The notes below the pieces were generated by a model. That model was given only the letters and a program-made list of their open reading frames with translations, was not told the origin of the DNA and ran no database searches. The translations under genes were made by a program, and so were the position numbers. From an uncultured Coriobacteriaceae bacterium (GTDB lineage Bacteria; Actinomycetota; Coriobacteriia; Coriobacteriales; Atopobiaceae): a stretch of 64,000 bases of DNA. The DNA is taken from positions 1,428 through 65,427 of the forward strand of contig CADALE010000009.1 of NCBI GenBank assembly GCA_902788705.1, in the 5' to 3' direction. This document shows positions 33,408-42,821 of the stretch, one piece after another (position 1 is the stretch's first letter; every line of letters begins with the position of its first letter).

Positions 33408-35129
33408 TTACGCGAAGATGGCCTCGGCGGCAGCCTGGAGCTTGGCGCGCACGTCCTCGGCCTCAGCACGGGTCGGGCCCTTGGCAAACAGGTAGGCCTT
33501 CACCTTGGGCTCGGTGCCGGACGGACGGAAGATGACCTTGTTGTCGCCCTCGAGGCGGTACTCGATGACGTTGGCGGCCGGCAGGTTCTGCGGGGCCTCC
33601 TTCTGCAGGCCACCCACGCGCGGCATCTCGGGGCCGGTGGCGAAGTCGGTCATGCCGATGACCTTGTAGCCAGCGATCTCGGTGAGGGGTTCCTCGCGGA
33701 GGCTCTTCATGAGGGCTGCCATCTTCTCGGCACCAGAGGCGCCCGGGAAGCTTGCGTTGACGGTGCCGTTGAGGTAGTAGCCGTACTTCTGGTACAGGGC
33801 CTCCATGGCGTCATAGAGGTCCATGCCGCGAGCGGCGTAGTCGGAGGCCATCTCGACACACAGCATCGTGGCGACGATGGCGTCCTTGTCCCGGGCGTGC
33901 GTGCCCGCGAGGTAGCCATAGGACTCCTCGAAGCCCACCAGATAGCGATCCTCCTCGCCGGCATCCTTCAGCTGGTCGATCTGGTCGCCAATGTACTTGA
34001 AGCCGGTGAGCACGCGACGGACCTCGAAGCCCCAGTCCTTGGCGAGGGCGTCGGGCATGGTGGAGGACACGATGGTGGTGACGGCCACCTTGGAGGCCAC
34101 GTCCTCGCCGTTCTTCTGGGCCTGCTGCGCCAGCCAGTCCATAAGCAGGACGCCCATCTCGTTGCCGGAGATCAGCACGTAGTCACCATCGTGCGGGATG
34201 GCGGTGCCCATGCGGTCGGCGTCGGGGTCGGTGGCCACGACCAGGTTGGGCTTGACCTCCTCGGCAAGCTTGAGGGCCAGGTCAAGCGCCTCGCGGAACT
34301 CGGGGTTGGGATAGGAGCACGTCGGGAAGTGTCCGTCGGGCTCGGCCTGCTCGGGAACGATGGAGACGTCGGTAACGCCAATCTCCTTCAGGATGCGGGT
34401 GACGCACTCGATGCCGGTGCCGTTGAGCGGGGTGTAGACCACCTTGTAGCCATCGGCGGCCTTGAAGCCCGGCACGGAGACCTTCTTGACGGCGGCGATG
34501 AAGTTGTCGAGGACCTCCTCGGGAGTCCAGACCACGAGGCCCTTCTCGATGGCCTCGTCGAAGTCCATGATGTCGATGTCAAAGGGATCGACCTTGGCGA
34601 TGTTGGCGCTGATCTCGTCAGCAGCCTCGTTGGCAATCTGGCCACCGTTGTCGTTGTACACCTTGTAGCCGTTGTACGGCGCGGGGTTGTGGGAGGCGGT
34701 GAGCACGATGCCTGCGGAGGTGTGCAGGTAGCGCACGGCGAAGGACAGCGTGGGGACCGGCTCGATGCGCGGGTACACGTACACCTTCACGCCTGCGGCA
34801 GCCAGGACGCCCGCGGCCACCTTCTGGAACTCCTCGCCCTTGAGGCGGGAGTCGCGGGCCAGGGCCAGCGTCGGGTTCTCGTAATGGGCCACGAGGTAGT
34901 CGGCAACGCCCTTGGTGGCCTGGGCAACCACGTACTCGTTCATGCGGTTGGTGCCCACGCCCAGCGTGCCGCGCAGACCGGCGGTGCCAAACTCGAGGCT
35001 GCGGTAGAAGGCGTCAAAGAGCTTGTCCTCGTCACCGGCTGCGATGAGGGCGTCAAGCTCCTCCTTGAGGTCGGGGATGGTGACCTTCTCGGCCCAAAGG
35101 TCGATTACTGCCTGAACGTCTTTGTCCAT
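33408..35129 (-). CDS. pgm: Alpha-D-phosphohexomutase (phosphoglucomutase/phosphomannomutase)
   Basis: Active-site loop TASHNPAPYNGYKVY, metal loop DPDADR, sugar loop GFEESYGY. 573 aa. Confidence 0.9.
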   Translation of the reverse strand: MDKDVQAVIDLWAEKVTIPDLKEELDALIAAGDEDKLFDAFYRSLEFGTAGLRGTLGVGTNRMNEYVVAQATKGVADYLVAHYENPTLALARDSRLKGEEFQKVAAGVLAAAGVKVYVYPRIEPVPTLSFAVRYLHTSAGIVLTASHNPAPYNGYKVYNDNGGQIANEAADEISANIAKVDPFDIDIMDFDEAIEKGLVVWTPEEVLDNFIAAVKKVSVPGFKAADGYKVVYTPLNGTGIECVTRILKEIGVTDVSIVPEQAEPDGHFPTCSYPNPEFREALDLALKLAEEVKPNLVVATDPDADRMGTAIPHDGDYVLISGNEMGVLLMDWLAQQAQKNGEDVASKVAVTTIVSSTMPDALAKDWGFEVRRVLTGFKYIGDQIDQLKDAGEEDRYLVGFEESYGYLAGTHARDKDAIVATMLCVEMASDYAARGMDLYDAMEALYQKYGYYLNGTVNASFPGASGAEKMAALMKSLREEPLTEIAGYKVIGMTDFATGPEMPRVGGLQKEAPQNLPAANVIEYRLEGDNKVIFRPSGTEPKVKAYLFAKGPTRAEAEDVRAKLQAAAEAIFA

Positions 35130-35295
35130 AAGTCTTTCCCTTCAGCTTTATGCCGACGAGTGCCGCCGACAACCGATACCCACACTTGTTAACCATAGTA
35201 TCCAACCGCGATTCGACGAATCCATGCGGATAGGTATGCGGCGCCTGCATTCGGCGAGGGGAAGGCTGTGCGACTGTTGCAGCGCGGTCAAGGCG

Positions 35296-37548
35296 TCAGG
35301 CGCGGGTTACCAGATAGCACTTGTGGATGCGCGGATTGCGCGAGAAGTCCTCGGGGATGGTCTGGGCGGTGATGTCCTTGATGGCAACCCCAGCCTTTGC
35401 CAGCGCCTCGACGTCGGGCTTGAAGGTGCGCAGGTTGCAGGAGAAGACGCACGTGCCGCCCACTCCCTCGCCCTTGCCTCGCGTCAGCAGGCGCGACACG
35501 CCGATGAGCAGCTCGACGTGGTCGCGCTGCACGTCAAACGACCGGCTGCCCATGCCCTTCGAGTTGGAGAAGGTGGGCACGTCGCAAAACACCAGGTCCC
35601 AGCGATTGGGCGTACGACGCTGCTCGCTCACCCACGCAAGCACGTCTGCCTGCACGAACTCGTGCTCGGCTCCCGTGAAGCCGTTGCGGGCCATGTTGCG
35701 GCGAGCCCAGTCCAGCGAGGGCCGCGAGAGGTCCACCGTCGTGGTGTGGCGCATGCCGCCGTCGGCCGCATAGCAGCTGGCTGTGCCCGTATAGGCAAAG
35801 AGGTTGAGGAAGCGCTTGGAACCTGCGGTGCGCTTGGCCATCTCGCGCAGCATCGCGCGCGTGTCGCGGTGGTCAAGGAAGATGCCGCAGTCAAGGCGCA
35901 GCGAGAAGTTGACCTCGAAGGTCAGGCCGCCCTCGTCAACAAGGTGGGCGCCCGGCTCGAGCGGCTGGCCCAGCGCCATCCGCGAGCGGCCTCGCGCCTG
36001 TGCCGCCTCGGACGCGTACTGCGATCCGCCACGCGACCGCTCGCGCCTGCGCACGAACACGTCCTGCGGACGCACGCCCATCACCTGCGGCGCGATGGTC
36101 AGCACGTCAAGCAGCCGGCAACGCGCGAGGTCCTCGTCCACGTCCTTGGGCGGCGCGTACTCGTAGATCTGCAGCCAGCGCCGAGGCCGCTCCCCCGCCG
36201 TCTCGAGCGACTCCTCAAAGAGGTCGATGGTCACGGCGTAGTCAGGAAGGTCCGCGTCGTACACGCGATAGCACGTCACGTCCTCGCGACGGGCCCACTT
36301 CTCGCGCAGACGCGCCACCTTCTCGAGGCGGGCTGCAAACTGGTTGCTGGTAGGCACGTACACGGCCACCTCGGCCGCGCCGACCCTCACGGTGGGAAGG
36401 CCCGCGGCTGCGGACAGGTCGTCGTACGCTCGAATCGTGGCCTCGTCGCGTCCAACCATCACGTCAAGCGTCGAGCTGGGCTGGCTGCCCACCACGGTGT
36501 CGGGGAGCGTGTCAGGCGTGAGCACCGCGATGCGGGCGGGGGCGTGGTCGCCCACGGCCTGCGCCAGCTGCGCCAAGGCAGCCACCTGCTGGGGCAGCTC
36601 GTCCTGCGGCACCCACGAGAGGTCGCCGACCAGCAGGTGCACCTGCTCGCCTGGCTTCGCGAGGCGCACCTCGGACGGCATCATGGCGGCATGCAGCATG
36701 CGTCTGGCCGAGTCCATGTCGGCGCGGCGGGTGTCGTGCCACAGAAGTCGCACGCCAAGACCCTCGTCCACCTGATCGCGCGCCCTCTGGCACTCCTGCT
36801 CCCAGGCTCCTTGGTCGTGTCCCAGCCAGCCCTCGAAGCCCCACCGGCTACGTGCAAGTCCCGGAGCCATCCCCAGGGCCATGCCAGCGGCCTCGGCAAG
36901 CACGGTGCCAGTCCCGGCGTACAGCGAAAAGAGGGCAGGCTCCTCCCCAGCCGCACGGGCCTCCTGGCACGCCGCGTCCCAACCACCCAGGCAAAGCAGG
37001 GCGGCCGCGTAGTCGGCGCGCAGGGGCGCCACCCGCTGACGACGCTGGTCGGCGCCTTCGTACCCACGCCTGAAGAGCGGGGTGCCCGAGAGGTCTATGC
37101 CCACCGTCGCGCGGCTCCGCGAGACGCGCACCGACACCGTAAGGCCGGGGTGCGCGGCGTCCACCATCGGGCGCCCTCCCCTACGGGCCAGCATCTCGTC
37201 GACGATGGCATCCTTCGCGCGCTGCGTGATGAAGGCGGTGTTTCTCAGGTTGGCGTTGGTGCCATGGGCATCCACGGCGAAGGTGGTGGAAAGCGCCAGG
37301 TGCTGGGCCCAGGGCAGGGAGCGCATGCCCTCGTACAGGGCGTCCGACGTGCTGACGTCGATGCGCCCCAGCACGGCGATCACCCGCGAGGCCAGCCGCG
37401 ACCACAGGCACGCGCGATAGGCATCGCCCAGTGGGCCGTCGAAGCTTACCTGGCCCCTGAGCGGCCGCACCTGCCCACATCCCAGGCTTCGCAGCTCCTG
37501 CGCAAGCAGCTGCTCGAATCCCTTGGGACACGTCGCAAAAAACTCCAT
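35296..37548 (-). CDS. rlmL: Bifunctional 23S rRNA methyltransferase RlmKL-like (THUMP + two SAM-methyltransferase modules)
   Basis: The N-terminus MEFFATCPKGFEQLLAQELRSLG...RVIAVL (THUMP/RlmL pattern) and the C-terminal FLNLFAYTGTASCYAA...DLVFCDVPTFS (RlmK-type motif). Confidence 0.8.
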   Translation of the reverse strand: MEFFATCPKGFEQLLAQELRSLGCGQVRPLRGQVSFDGPLGDAYRACLWSRLASRVIAVLGRIDVSTSDALYEGMRSLPWAQHLALSTTFAVDAHGTNANLRNTAFITQRAKDAIVDEMLARRGGRPMVDAAHPGLTVSVRVSRSRATVGIDLSGTPLFRRGYEGADQRRQRVAPLRADYAAALLCLGGWDAACQEARAAGEEPALFSLYAGTGTVLAEAAGMALGMAPGLARSRWGFEGWLGHDQGAWEQECQRARDQVDEGLGVRLLWHDTRRADMDSARRMLHAAMMPSEVRLAKPGEQVHLLVGDLSWVPQDELPQQVAALAQLAQAVGDHAPARIAVLTPDTLPDTVVGSQPSSTLDVMVGRDEATIRAYDDLSAAAGLPTVRVGAAEVAVYVPTSNQFAARLEKVARLREKWARREDVTCYRVYDADLPDYAVTIDLFEESLETAGERPRRWLQIYEYAPPKDVDEDLARCRLLDVLTIAPQVMGVRPQDVFVRRRERSRGGSQYASEAAQARGRSRMALGQPLEPGAHLVDEGGLTFEVNFSLRLDCGIFLDHRDTRAMLREMAKRTAGSKRFLNLFAYTGTASCYAADGGMRHTTTVDLSRPSLDWARRNMARNGFTGAEHEFVQADVLAWVSEQRRTPNRWDLVFCDVPTFSNSKGMGSRSFDVQRDHVELLIGVSRLLTRGKGEGVGGTCVFSCNLRTFKPDVEALAKAGVAIKDITAQTIPEDFSRNPRIHKCYLVTRA

Positions 37549-37605
37549 CGGGACACCCTTCGCCCGTCACAAGCCAACCAAACCATTATCGCATGCGGGC
37601 GGCCC

Positions 37606-37626
37606 CAAAACGCGGCAAGGCCGCGC
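37606..37626 (-). terminator. Short GC hairpin + T-tract downstream of the HAD gene
   Basis: On the minus strand, CGCGGC-CTT-GCCGCG is followed by TTTT. The stem is only 6 bp. Confidence 0.35.
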
Positions 37627-37661
37627 CGAAGCAAGGCCTTCACGAGCCATCCGGCAGGGGC

Positions 37662-38510
37662 CTACTCCTGACCGAGCAAGCGAAGCAGGTAGTGGCCCAC
37701 CCCACCCTCGTCGCACGAGCCGCACACGTGGTTGGCCGCGGCCTTCACCTCGTCTGACGCATTTGCCACCGCCACGCCGTCGCCCGCCACGCGCAGCATG
37801 GGCACGTCGTTTTGCGAGTCGCCAAACGCGACGGCCTTGCTGACGTCGCACCCCGCATGTTCGCACAGCCACGCGAGGGCACTCCCCTTCGAGGTGCCAC
37901 GCGCCATGAACTCGAAGTTGCGAGGGTGTGAGGTGGTCACCCCTATCTCGCCATACGACGAGAGCACCGAAAAGGCCTCGTCACGCGAAGGCTCGTCGCC
38001 CCAGTACACAGTCACCTTCTCGACGCCTTCGAAGCCCCTGATGCGCTCGGGAATGGGCACCTCTGACGGCTCGCGCAGCGAGCGGATAGTGCGCAGGTTG
38101 GCGTCGTCGATGCCAAAGTGGGCCATCGCGTCGTAGCGGCTGCGCTCGGCAAGCACGTGGCCAGGCACGAACGCGTCGAAGGTGATGTTAAGGTGCCGCA
38201 CCCGCTCGTAGATGGCCGACACCAGCTGGGTGTCCATCATCGAGCGATGCAGCACCGCGCCCGTGCGCGCGTCCACGATCACACCGCCGTTGGAGGCCAC
38301 GGCAAAGCGCGTGGCAGCATGGCCCATGAGCTGGGCGGGAATTCCGCCCACCGGCCTGCCCGTGCAGGGCACGAAGGCAATCCCCCGCTGGGCAAGCAGG
38401 TCAAGCGCCTGCGCATTTGCCTCCGGCAGACGCTTGTCCCGGGCAAGGAAGCTGTCGTCCAGATCGCTTAGCACCATGCGCACCTGGGTGTCAACGCGTG
38501 TCACGGCCAC
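37662..38510 (-). CDS. HAD-superfamily hydrolase, Cof-type (subfamily IIB)
   Basis: VLSDLDDSFL (motif I, DxD), CTGR (motif II), and AFGDSQNDVPML...VAVANA (motifs III/IV). GTG at 38510; an alternative ATG is at 38477. Confidence 0.8.
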   Translation of the reverse strand: MAVTRVDTQVRMVLSDLDDSFLARDKRLPEANAQALDLLAQRGIAFVPCTGRPVGGIPAQLMGHAATRFAVASNGGVIVDARTGAVLHRSMMDTQLVSAIYERVRHLNITFDAFVPGHVLAERSRYDAMAHFGIDDANLRTIRSLREPSEVPIPERIRGFEGVEKVTVYWGDEPSRDEAFSVLSSYGEIGVTTSHPRNFEFMARGTSKGSALAWLCEHAGCDVSKAVAFGDSQNDVPMLRVAGDGVAVANASDEVKAAANHVCGSCDEGGVGHYLLRLLGQE

Positions 38511-38513
38511 TGC

Positions 38514-39968
38514 CTACTTCCGCTCGTCGATGGGCACGTAGGAGTGGGGACGCATCACGGAGTTGTAGGCAGGCCTGATGATGCGCGCGGGACCGTAGAG
38601 CTCCTCCATGCGGTGCGCCGCCCATCCGGCCATGCGCGCAATGGCAAAGATGGGGGTAAAGAGGTCCTGCGGGATGCCCAGCATCTCGTACACGAAGCCG
38701 GTATACATGTCGATGTTGGTGGAGATGGGCTTGGTGATGCCACGAACGTCGCGCATGACCTGCGGCCCCAACCGCTCGACGCTCTTGATCAGCTCGAGCT
38801 TGGCATCCTGGCCCTTGTCGGCAGCCAGCTTGGCGGCATAGCGCTTCACGATCTCGGCACGCGGGTCGGTGACCGTGTACACCGCGTGCCCTAGGCCGTA
38901 GATGAGGCCCGTGTGGTCGAAGGCGTCGCGCTGCAGGATGCGCTCGAGGTAGCTGCACAGCTCGTCGTCGCTGTCCCAGTGCTCCACGTGCTCCGCGATG
39001 TCGTTGATCATCTCGCCGGCCTTGTAGTTGGCGCCGCCGTGCTTGGGGCCCTTCAGCGACCCCAGCGCGGCCGCATAGGCCGAGTAGGCGTCGGTGCCCG
39101 ACGACGACAGCACGCGCGTGGTGAAGGTCGAGTTGTTGCCCCCGCCGTGCTCGGCATGCAGCATCAGCATGACGTCCAGCAGCAGGGCCTCGTCGCGCGT
39201 GAAGCCCTCGTCGCCGCGCAGCACGTCAAGGATGCTCTCGGCCACCGAGTACTCCTCGCGTGCGGGAGGCACCACCAGGCGGTCGTCGTTCTGATCCGCC
39301 GCATAGGCGGCGTGCGCCACCGACGCCACGCGCGGCCAGCGGCCCAACAGCGACAGTGCGACGTCCACCTCGTGCACGGGGCGGGTGTCATCGGGCGTGG
39401 GGTCGAAGGCATACAGCAGCAGCGTGGCGCGCTGCAGCACGTTCATGATGGAGGGGCTGTACGTCATGCGCGGGAAGATGGAGAGGTAGCCCTCGGGCAG
39501 CTGGCGGCGCGAACCCACGCGGGCGCGGAAGTCGTCCAGCTGTACGGGGGTGGGAAGCTTGCCCGCGATGAGCAGATAGGCCACCTCCTCGTAGCCAAAG
39601 CGGCCCTCCTTCTGGGCCCCGCTCACGAGGTCGGCCATGTCGTAGCCGCGCAGGGTGAGGCGCCCCTCGTCGGGCGTCACCACGCCGTCCACCTTGTTGT
39701 AGCCATGCACGCTTGACACGGTGGTAAGGCCCACCAGCACGCCCGAGCCGTCCGCGTTGCGCAGGCCGCGCTTCACGTCATACAGCTCGTACAGCTCGGA
39801 CGGGACGTTGTCGGCATGGTTCATGCCGTCATACAGCTGCTGGGCCACGGAATCGATTCCCATGCCCACCGAGGGCATGGGGTAGGCGTCCATCACGCGC
39901 ATGAGCGCCGAGGTCTCCTTGGCGGAGAGTAGCCTGCGGAAGCTTCCCGGAAGCTTAGGGCTCGTCAT
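38514..39968 (-). CDS. Citrate synthase family protein
   Basis: LMLHAEHGGGNNSTF, GSLKGPKHGGAN and GLGHAVY are the catalytic His/His/Asp regions of citrate (Si)-synthases. GGAGGG RBS. Confidence 0.9.
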   Translation of the reverse strand: MTSPKLPGSFRRLLSAKETSALMRVMDAYPMPSVGMGIDSVAQQLYDGMNHADNVPSELYELYDVKRGLRNADGSGVLVGLTTVSSVHGYNKVDGVVTPDEGRLTLRGYDMADLVSGAQKEGRFGYEEVAYLLIAGKLPTPVQLDDFRARVGSRRQLPEGYLSIFPRMTYSPSIMNVLQRATLLLYAFDPTPDDTRPVHEVDVALSLLGRWPRVASVAHAAYAADQNDDRLVVPPAREEYSVAESILDVLRGDEGFTRDEALLLDVMLMLHAEHGGGNNSTFTTRVLSSSGTDAYSAYAAALGSLKGPKHGGANYKAGEMINDIAEHVEHWDSDDELCSYLERILQRDAFDHTGLIYGLGHAVYTVTDPRAEIVKRYAAKLAADKGQDAKLELIKSVERLGPQVMRDVRGITKPISTNIDMYTGFVYEMLGIPQDLFTPIFAIARMAGWAAHRMEELYGPARIIRPAYNSVMRPHSYVPIDERK

Positions 39969-39983
39969 GGTTCCCTCCGTTCA

Positions 39984-40280
39984 CTAGATGCGGTACATGA
40001 AGCGAAATACCTCTTCGCGCTGCATGGTAATCTGCACGCCCAGCGAGCCGGACAGCTCGTCAAGCTGCGACTTCAGCGCGGCGAACTCGACCTTCGAGCC
40101 CTCGAGGTCCACGAGCATCGTCATGGTGAAGATGCCCTGGAGGATGGTCTGGGAGATGTCAAGAATGTTCACGTCGTCCTGAGCAAGCACCCCGGATACC
40201 GCCGCCACGATGCCCGAGCGGTCGCTACCCAGCACGGTGATGATGGCGCGGTTGGTGGGGCCGTCGTAGGTCTGAGACAT
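39984..40280 (-). CDS. ACT domain protein (UPF0237-like)
   Basis: AIITVLGSDRSGIVAAVSGVLAQDDVNILDISQTILQGIFTMTMLVDL is a typical single ACT fold. The ATG at 40280 is preceded by GGGAGAAG. Confidence 0.75.
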   Translation of the reverse strand: MSQTYDGPTNRAIITVLGSDRSGIVAAVSGVLAQDDVNILDISQTILQGIFTMTMLVDLEGSKVEFAALKSQLDELSGSLGVQITMQREEVFRFMYRI

Positions 40281-40427
40281 TGCTTCTCCCATCGGTGTAC
40301 GTATGTGCGTCCGACCATTCTAGCCGAGCGCGCAAAGGGGCGGCAAAGCTGCAGCCCTATTGAGCCATATTGGAAACGAAAGGGCCTCGGCACTGGATGC
40401 CCAGATGACGACGCCTTTGGGCAAGCC

Positions 40428-40928
40428 CTAGTTGACCGAGTCGAACGAGGGGTCGTGCTGCTGGAAGAGGGCCACCACGTCCTCCACCGACATCTCCAGC
40501 GCTACCGACAGCTCGGCAAGCGAGCGCTCGCTGGCCTGCTTGAGGATGCGCTCGTAGGCCACGGGGGGCTTCTTGTTGCGGCTGCGTACCTCGGCGATGC
40601 GGGCGCGGAACGTCTTCACGATGCGTATCGAGTCGCGGCAGGTGCCACGGCGAATCTCGCCGCGGAAGAACTCCTCCTCGAGCGCGCCGCTGCGGCCCTC
40701 GTACTCGACGATGCCCAGGCTGTCGTAGCCCTCGATGAGCGACTGCGCCTCGTCACGCGACACCACCGGGCGCAGGCGGTCCTCTCCCGACACGGGGAAG
40801 CTGATGCGAATGGGATGACGTCCCATCAGAGGCATGAGCATGTAGGTCTGCTGGGGCTCGTCAACCACCTCATCGACCCTGCAGACTCCCTGACCCGGAT
40901 GGACGATAAACTCTCCCACTTCGTACAT
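40428..40928 (-). CDS. carD: CarD/CdnL-family RNA-polymerase-binding transcription regulator
   Basis: MYEVGEFIVHPGQGVCRVDEVVDE...YMLMP is the Tudor-like CarD_TRCF N-terminal domain, followed by a helical C-terminal domain. Confidence 0.85.
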   Translation of the reverse strand: MYEVGEFIVHPGQGVCRVDEVVDEPQQTYMLMPLMGRHPIRISFPVSGEDRLRPVVSRDEAQSLIEGYDSLGIVEYEGRSGALEEEFFRGEIRRGTCRDSIRIVKTFRARIAEVRSRNKKPPVAYERILKQASERSLAELSVALEMSVEDVVALFQQHDPSFDSVN

Positions 40929-40930
40929 GA

Positions 40931-40985
40931 GGCGCCCCTTTCGTGTGACCGCATCAGTTTATCACGAAAAGGGGCGTCTTTTGTG
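40931..40985. terminator. Strong hairpin immediately 5' of the carD start codon (between degV and carD)
   Basis: ggcgcccctttcgtg (40931-40945) / cacgaaaaggggcgtc (40963-40978). The T-tract lies on the plus strand only (40979-40982). On the coding (minus) strand, the 3' arm contains the only purine-rich RBS candidate (AAAGGGG) for carD. Confidence 0.5.
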
Positions 40986-41042
40986 CATCTATCGATTGCC
41001 TATTGCATAATCAGCGCAATCGGGTTATGTTATCCGGTTTTT

Positions 41043-41981
41043 CTAGCCTTGACGGACGCCCTTCACCCGACCGCGGGCCTTGTCTTGGCGACGATCCGGG
41101 CCCCAGCACACGCACGACAGCATGCCCGGCCCCACATGGCAGCCGATGGTGGGACCAATGTTGGAAGTGAGGACCCGTACCGTGGGGTCTTCCTCGAGAA
41201 GCATCGTACGCAAGCGCTCGAGGTCCTCGGGGCAGTCGGCGTTGCCGATGGCCACGACGGGCGGATAGTCATCGCCATGGTTCTCGGCGTAGAAGCGCAC
41301 CAGCTTCTTCATGCCTTTGGCGCGACCGCGGGTAACGCCCACGATTCCCAGCGTGCCATCGAGGTTGAAATTGAGCAGCGGCTTGGCGTCCAGGGCGCCT
41401 GCCACCAGCGCGACCGACTTGGGGATGCGCCCGCCGCGGTGCAGCGTTTCAAGGCTGTCCACCATGAACAGCACCCGGACGTTATAGCGTGCCTCGAGGG
41501 CCCAGTCGTACACCTCCCGAGCAGTCGCGCCTGCCTCGCGCATGCGTGCGGCCTCCTCCACCAGCAGGTATTGGCCCGTGGAGGTAACGCCGCAGTCCAC
41601 GATGTAGATGGGCAGGTCGTCGCGACCAAGCTCTTCCTTCAGTCGATCGAGCGCCGTCACGGCACCGTTGTACCCACCCGAGAGGCCGCTGGTGATGCAG
41701 AAGAGCACGCTGGGCAGGCCCGTGTCGAGCGCCGCACGGAAGGCCTCTTCGAACACCAGCTGGGAGGGCTGCGACGTCATGGGCGTGGCACCGTTGCGGA
41801 TGGCCTCGTAGAACTCGTGAGGCGTGCGCTCCTGGAACTGGTCGTCGATGCCATGGAAGCCACCGCCTTCCTTGCCTGCCTCGGTATAGGTGAAGGGCAG
41901 GATGGTAACCCCCATACGCGTGGAATCGTCGACGGAGAAGTCGCAAGTTGAGTCAGAGAGAAGGTTAAACAGAGCAGCCAT
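41043..41981 (-). CDS. DegV family fatty-acid-binding protein
   Basis: LLSDSTCDFS...TSQPS...ITSGLSGGYNGA...MVDSLETLHRGGRI are canonical DegV motifs. Confidence 0.9.
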   Translation of the reverse strand: MAALFNLLSDSTCDFSVDDSTRMGVTILPFTYTEAGKEGGGFHGIDDQFQERTPHEFYEAIRNGATPMTSQPSQLVFEEAFRAALDTGLPSVLFCITSGLSGGYNGAVTALDRLKEELGRDDLPIYIVDCGVTSTGQYLLVEEAARMREAGATAREVYDWALEARYNVRVLFMVDSLETLHRGGRIPKSVALVAGALDAKPLLNFNLDGTLGIVGVTRGRAKGMKKLVRFYAENHGDDYPPVVAIGNADCPEDLERLRTMLLEEDPTVRVLTSNIGPTIGCHVGPGMLSCVCWGPDRRQDKARGRVKGVRQG

Positions 41982-42048
41982 TGGCCCTCCTCAGTGATAT
42001 GTTTTTGATTATCGGAGTTACATTGTACGCAAGGAGTGCCAACGAATT

Positions 42049-42405
42049 GTGGAGGGACACCAGTTGCTTAGCCATGCTGAAGGACAAAGCCCAGCGTCAG
42101 GGCCACGCAGCCAGGCAAACGGCGTGCGGCGTCTCCATCTTGTCTTCACGGGCGAGGTGCAGGGCGTCGGGTTTCGATGGACCGCCCAGCGCGTCGCGCA
42201 GCAGCTGCGAATGACCGGCTGGGTGCGAAACGAGTACGACCGGTCGGTCACGATGGAGCTGCAAGGCACCGACACCCAGATCTCGGAGTTCTTTGGGCGC
42301 TTCAACAGGGCATATGCGAGCTACCCCATCGACTACGTGATTGAGGAGAAGCGCGAGGTTGCGGTGGTGGAGAGCGAGCGGGACTTCCATGTGAGGTTCT
42401 CGTAG
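42049..42405 (+). CDS. acyP: Acylphosphatase
   Basis: LHLVFTGEVQGVGFRWTAQRVAQQLRMTGWVRNEYDRSVTMELQG contains the V-x-G-x-V-Q-G-V-x-F-R and GWVRN signatures. Start uncertain: GTG at 42049, or TTG at 42064 after GGAGGG. Confidence 0.8.
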   Translation: MEGHQLLSHAEGQSPASGPRSQANGVRRLHLVFTGEVQGVGFRWTAQRVAQQLRMTGWVRNEYDRSVTMELQGTDTQISEFFGRFNRAYASYPIDYVIEEKREVAVVESERDFHVRFS

Positions 42406-42430
42406 CGATTGGGGCCACATAACTTTCTTG

Positions 42431-42459
42431 TTGACTCGCGTCGTTGGGTGCTATATAGT
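42431..42459 (+). promoter_or_regulatory. Sigma-70-type promoter of tRNA-Phe
   Basis: TTGACT (42431-42436), a 17-nt spacer, then TATAGT (42454-42459). It lies ~20 nt upstream of the tRNA 5' end. Confidence 0.6.
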
Positions 42460-42479
42460 TATTACTTGCTGAAGCACTT

Positions 42480-42555
42480 GGCTGGGTAGCTCAGTTGGTA
42501 GAGCAGGGGACTGAAAATCCCTGTGTCGGGGGTTCGACTCCCTCCCCAGCCACCA
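42480..42555 (+). tRNA. tRNA-Phe (anticodon GAA), CCA encoded
   Basis: Cloverleaf folded by hand. Acceptor GGCTGGG/CCCAGCC, D arm GCTC-AGTTGGTA-GAGC, anticodon arm GGGGA-CTGAAAA-TCCCT, T arm GGGGG-TTCGACT-CCCTC, discriminator A, then CCA. Confidence 0.97.
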
Positions 42556-42567
42556 TCGAATTTAGGG

Positions 42568-42600
42568 CCTCTGACCTGCATATATGGTCAGAGGTTTTTT
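42568..42600 (+). terminator. Rho-independent terminator after tRNA-Phe
   Basis: cctctgacc (42568-42576) / ggtcagagg (42586-42594), followed by tttttt. Confidence 0.8.
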
Positions 42601-42615
42601 CATGCCTTGATTCTG

Positions 42616-42666
42616 TTCACCCGCCGATTCACCCTGAGTTCACCCAAAAGGCCGGATTCGGGTGAG
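42616..42666. repeat. Three phased TTCACCC heptamers plus one inverted copy
   Basis: TTCACCC at 42616, 42628 and 42639 (spacing 12 and 11 nt). The inverted copy GGGTGAG is at 42660-42666. Non-coding DNA between the tRNA terminator and the DUF2207 gene terminator. Confidence 0.5.
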
Positions 42667-42746
42667 CCAAACGTCTTTGGACGGGATCGTTGGGACATGT
42701 GCAAGGCAGCGGATTTTGCTCCGAGCGCTTCCGCCATTCTCCCTCC

Positions 42747-42784
42747 CACAAAACGAGGGTGGCCCTGTTGCCAAGGCCACCCTC
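42747..42784 (-). terminator. Rho-independent terminator of the tad/DUF2207 transcription unit
   Basis: gagggtggcc (42755-42764) / ggccaccctc (42775-42784). On the minus strand it is followed by GTTTTGTG. It lies 38 nt downstream of the stop at 42822. Confidence 0.65.
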
Positions 42785-42821
42785 ATGAGTTAGCTGCGCG
42801 GAATGCCCGGCTTGGCACACC

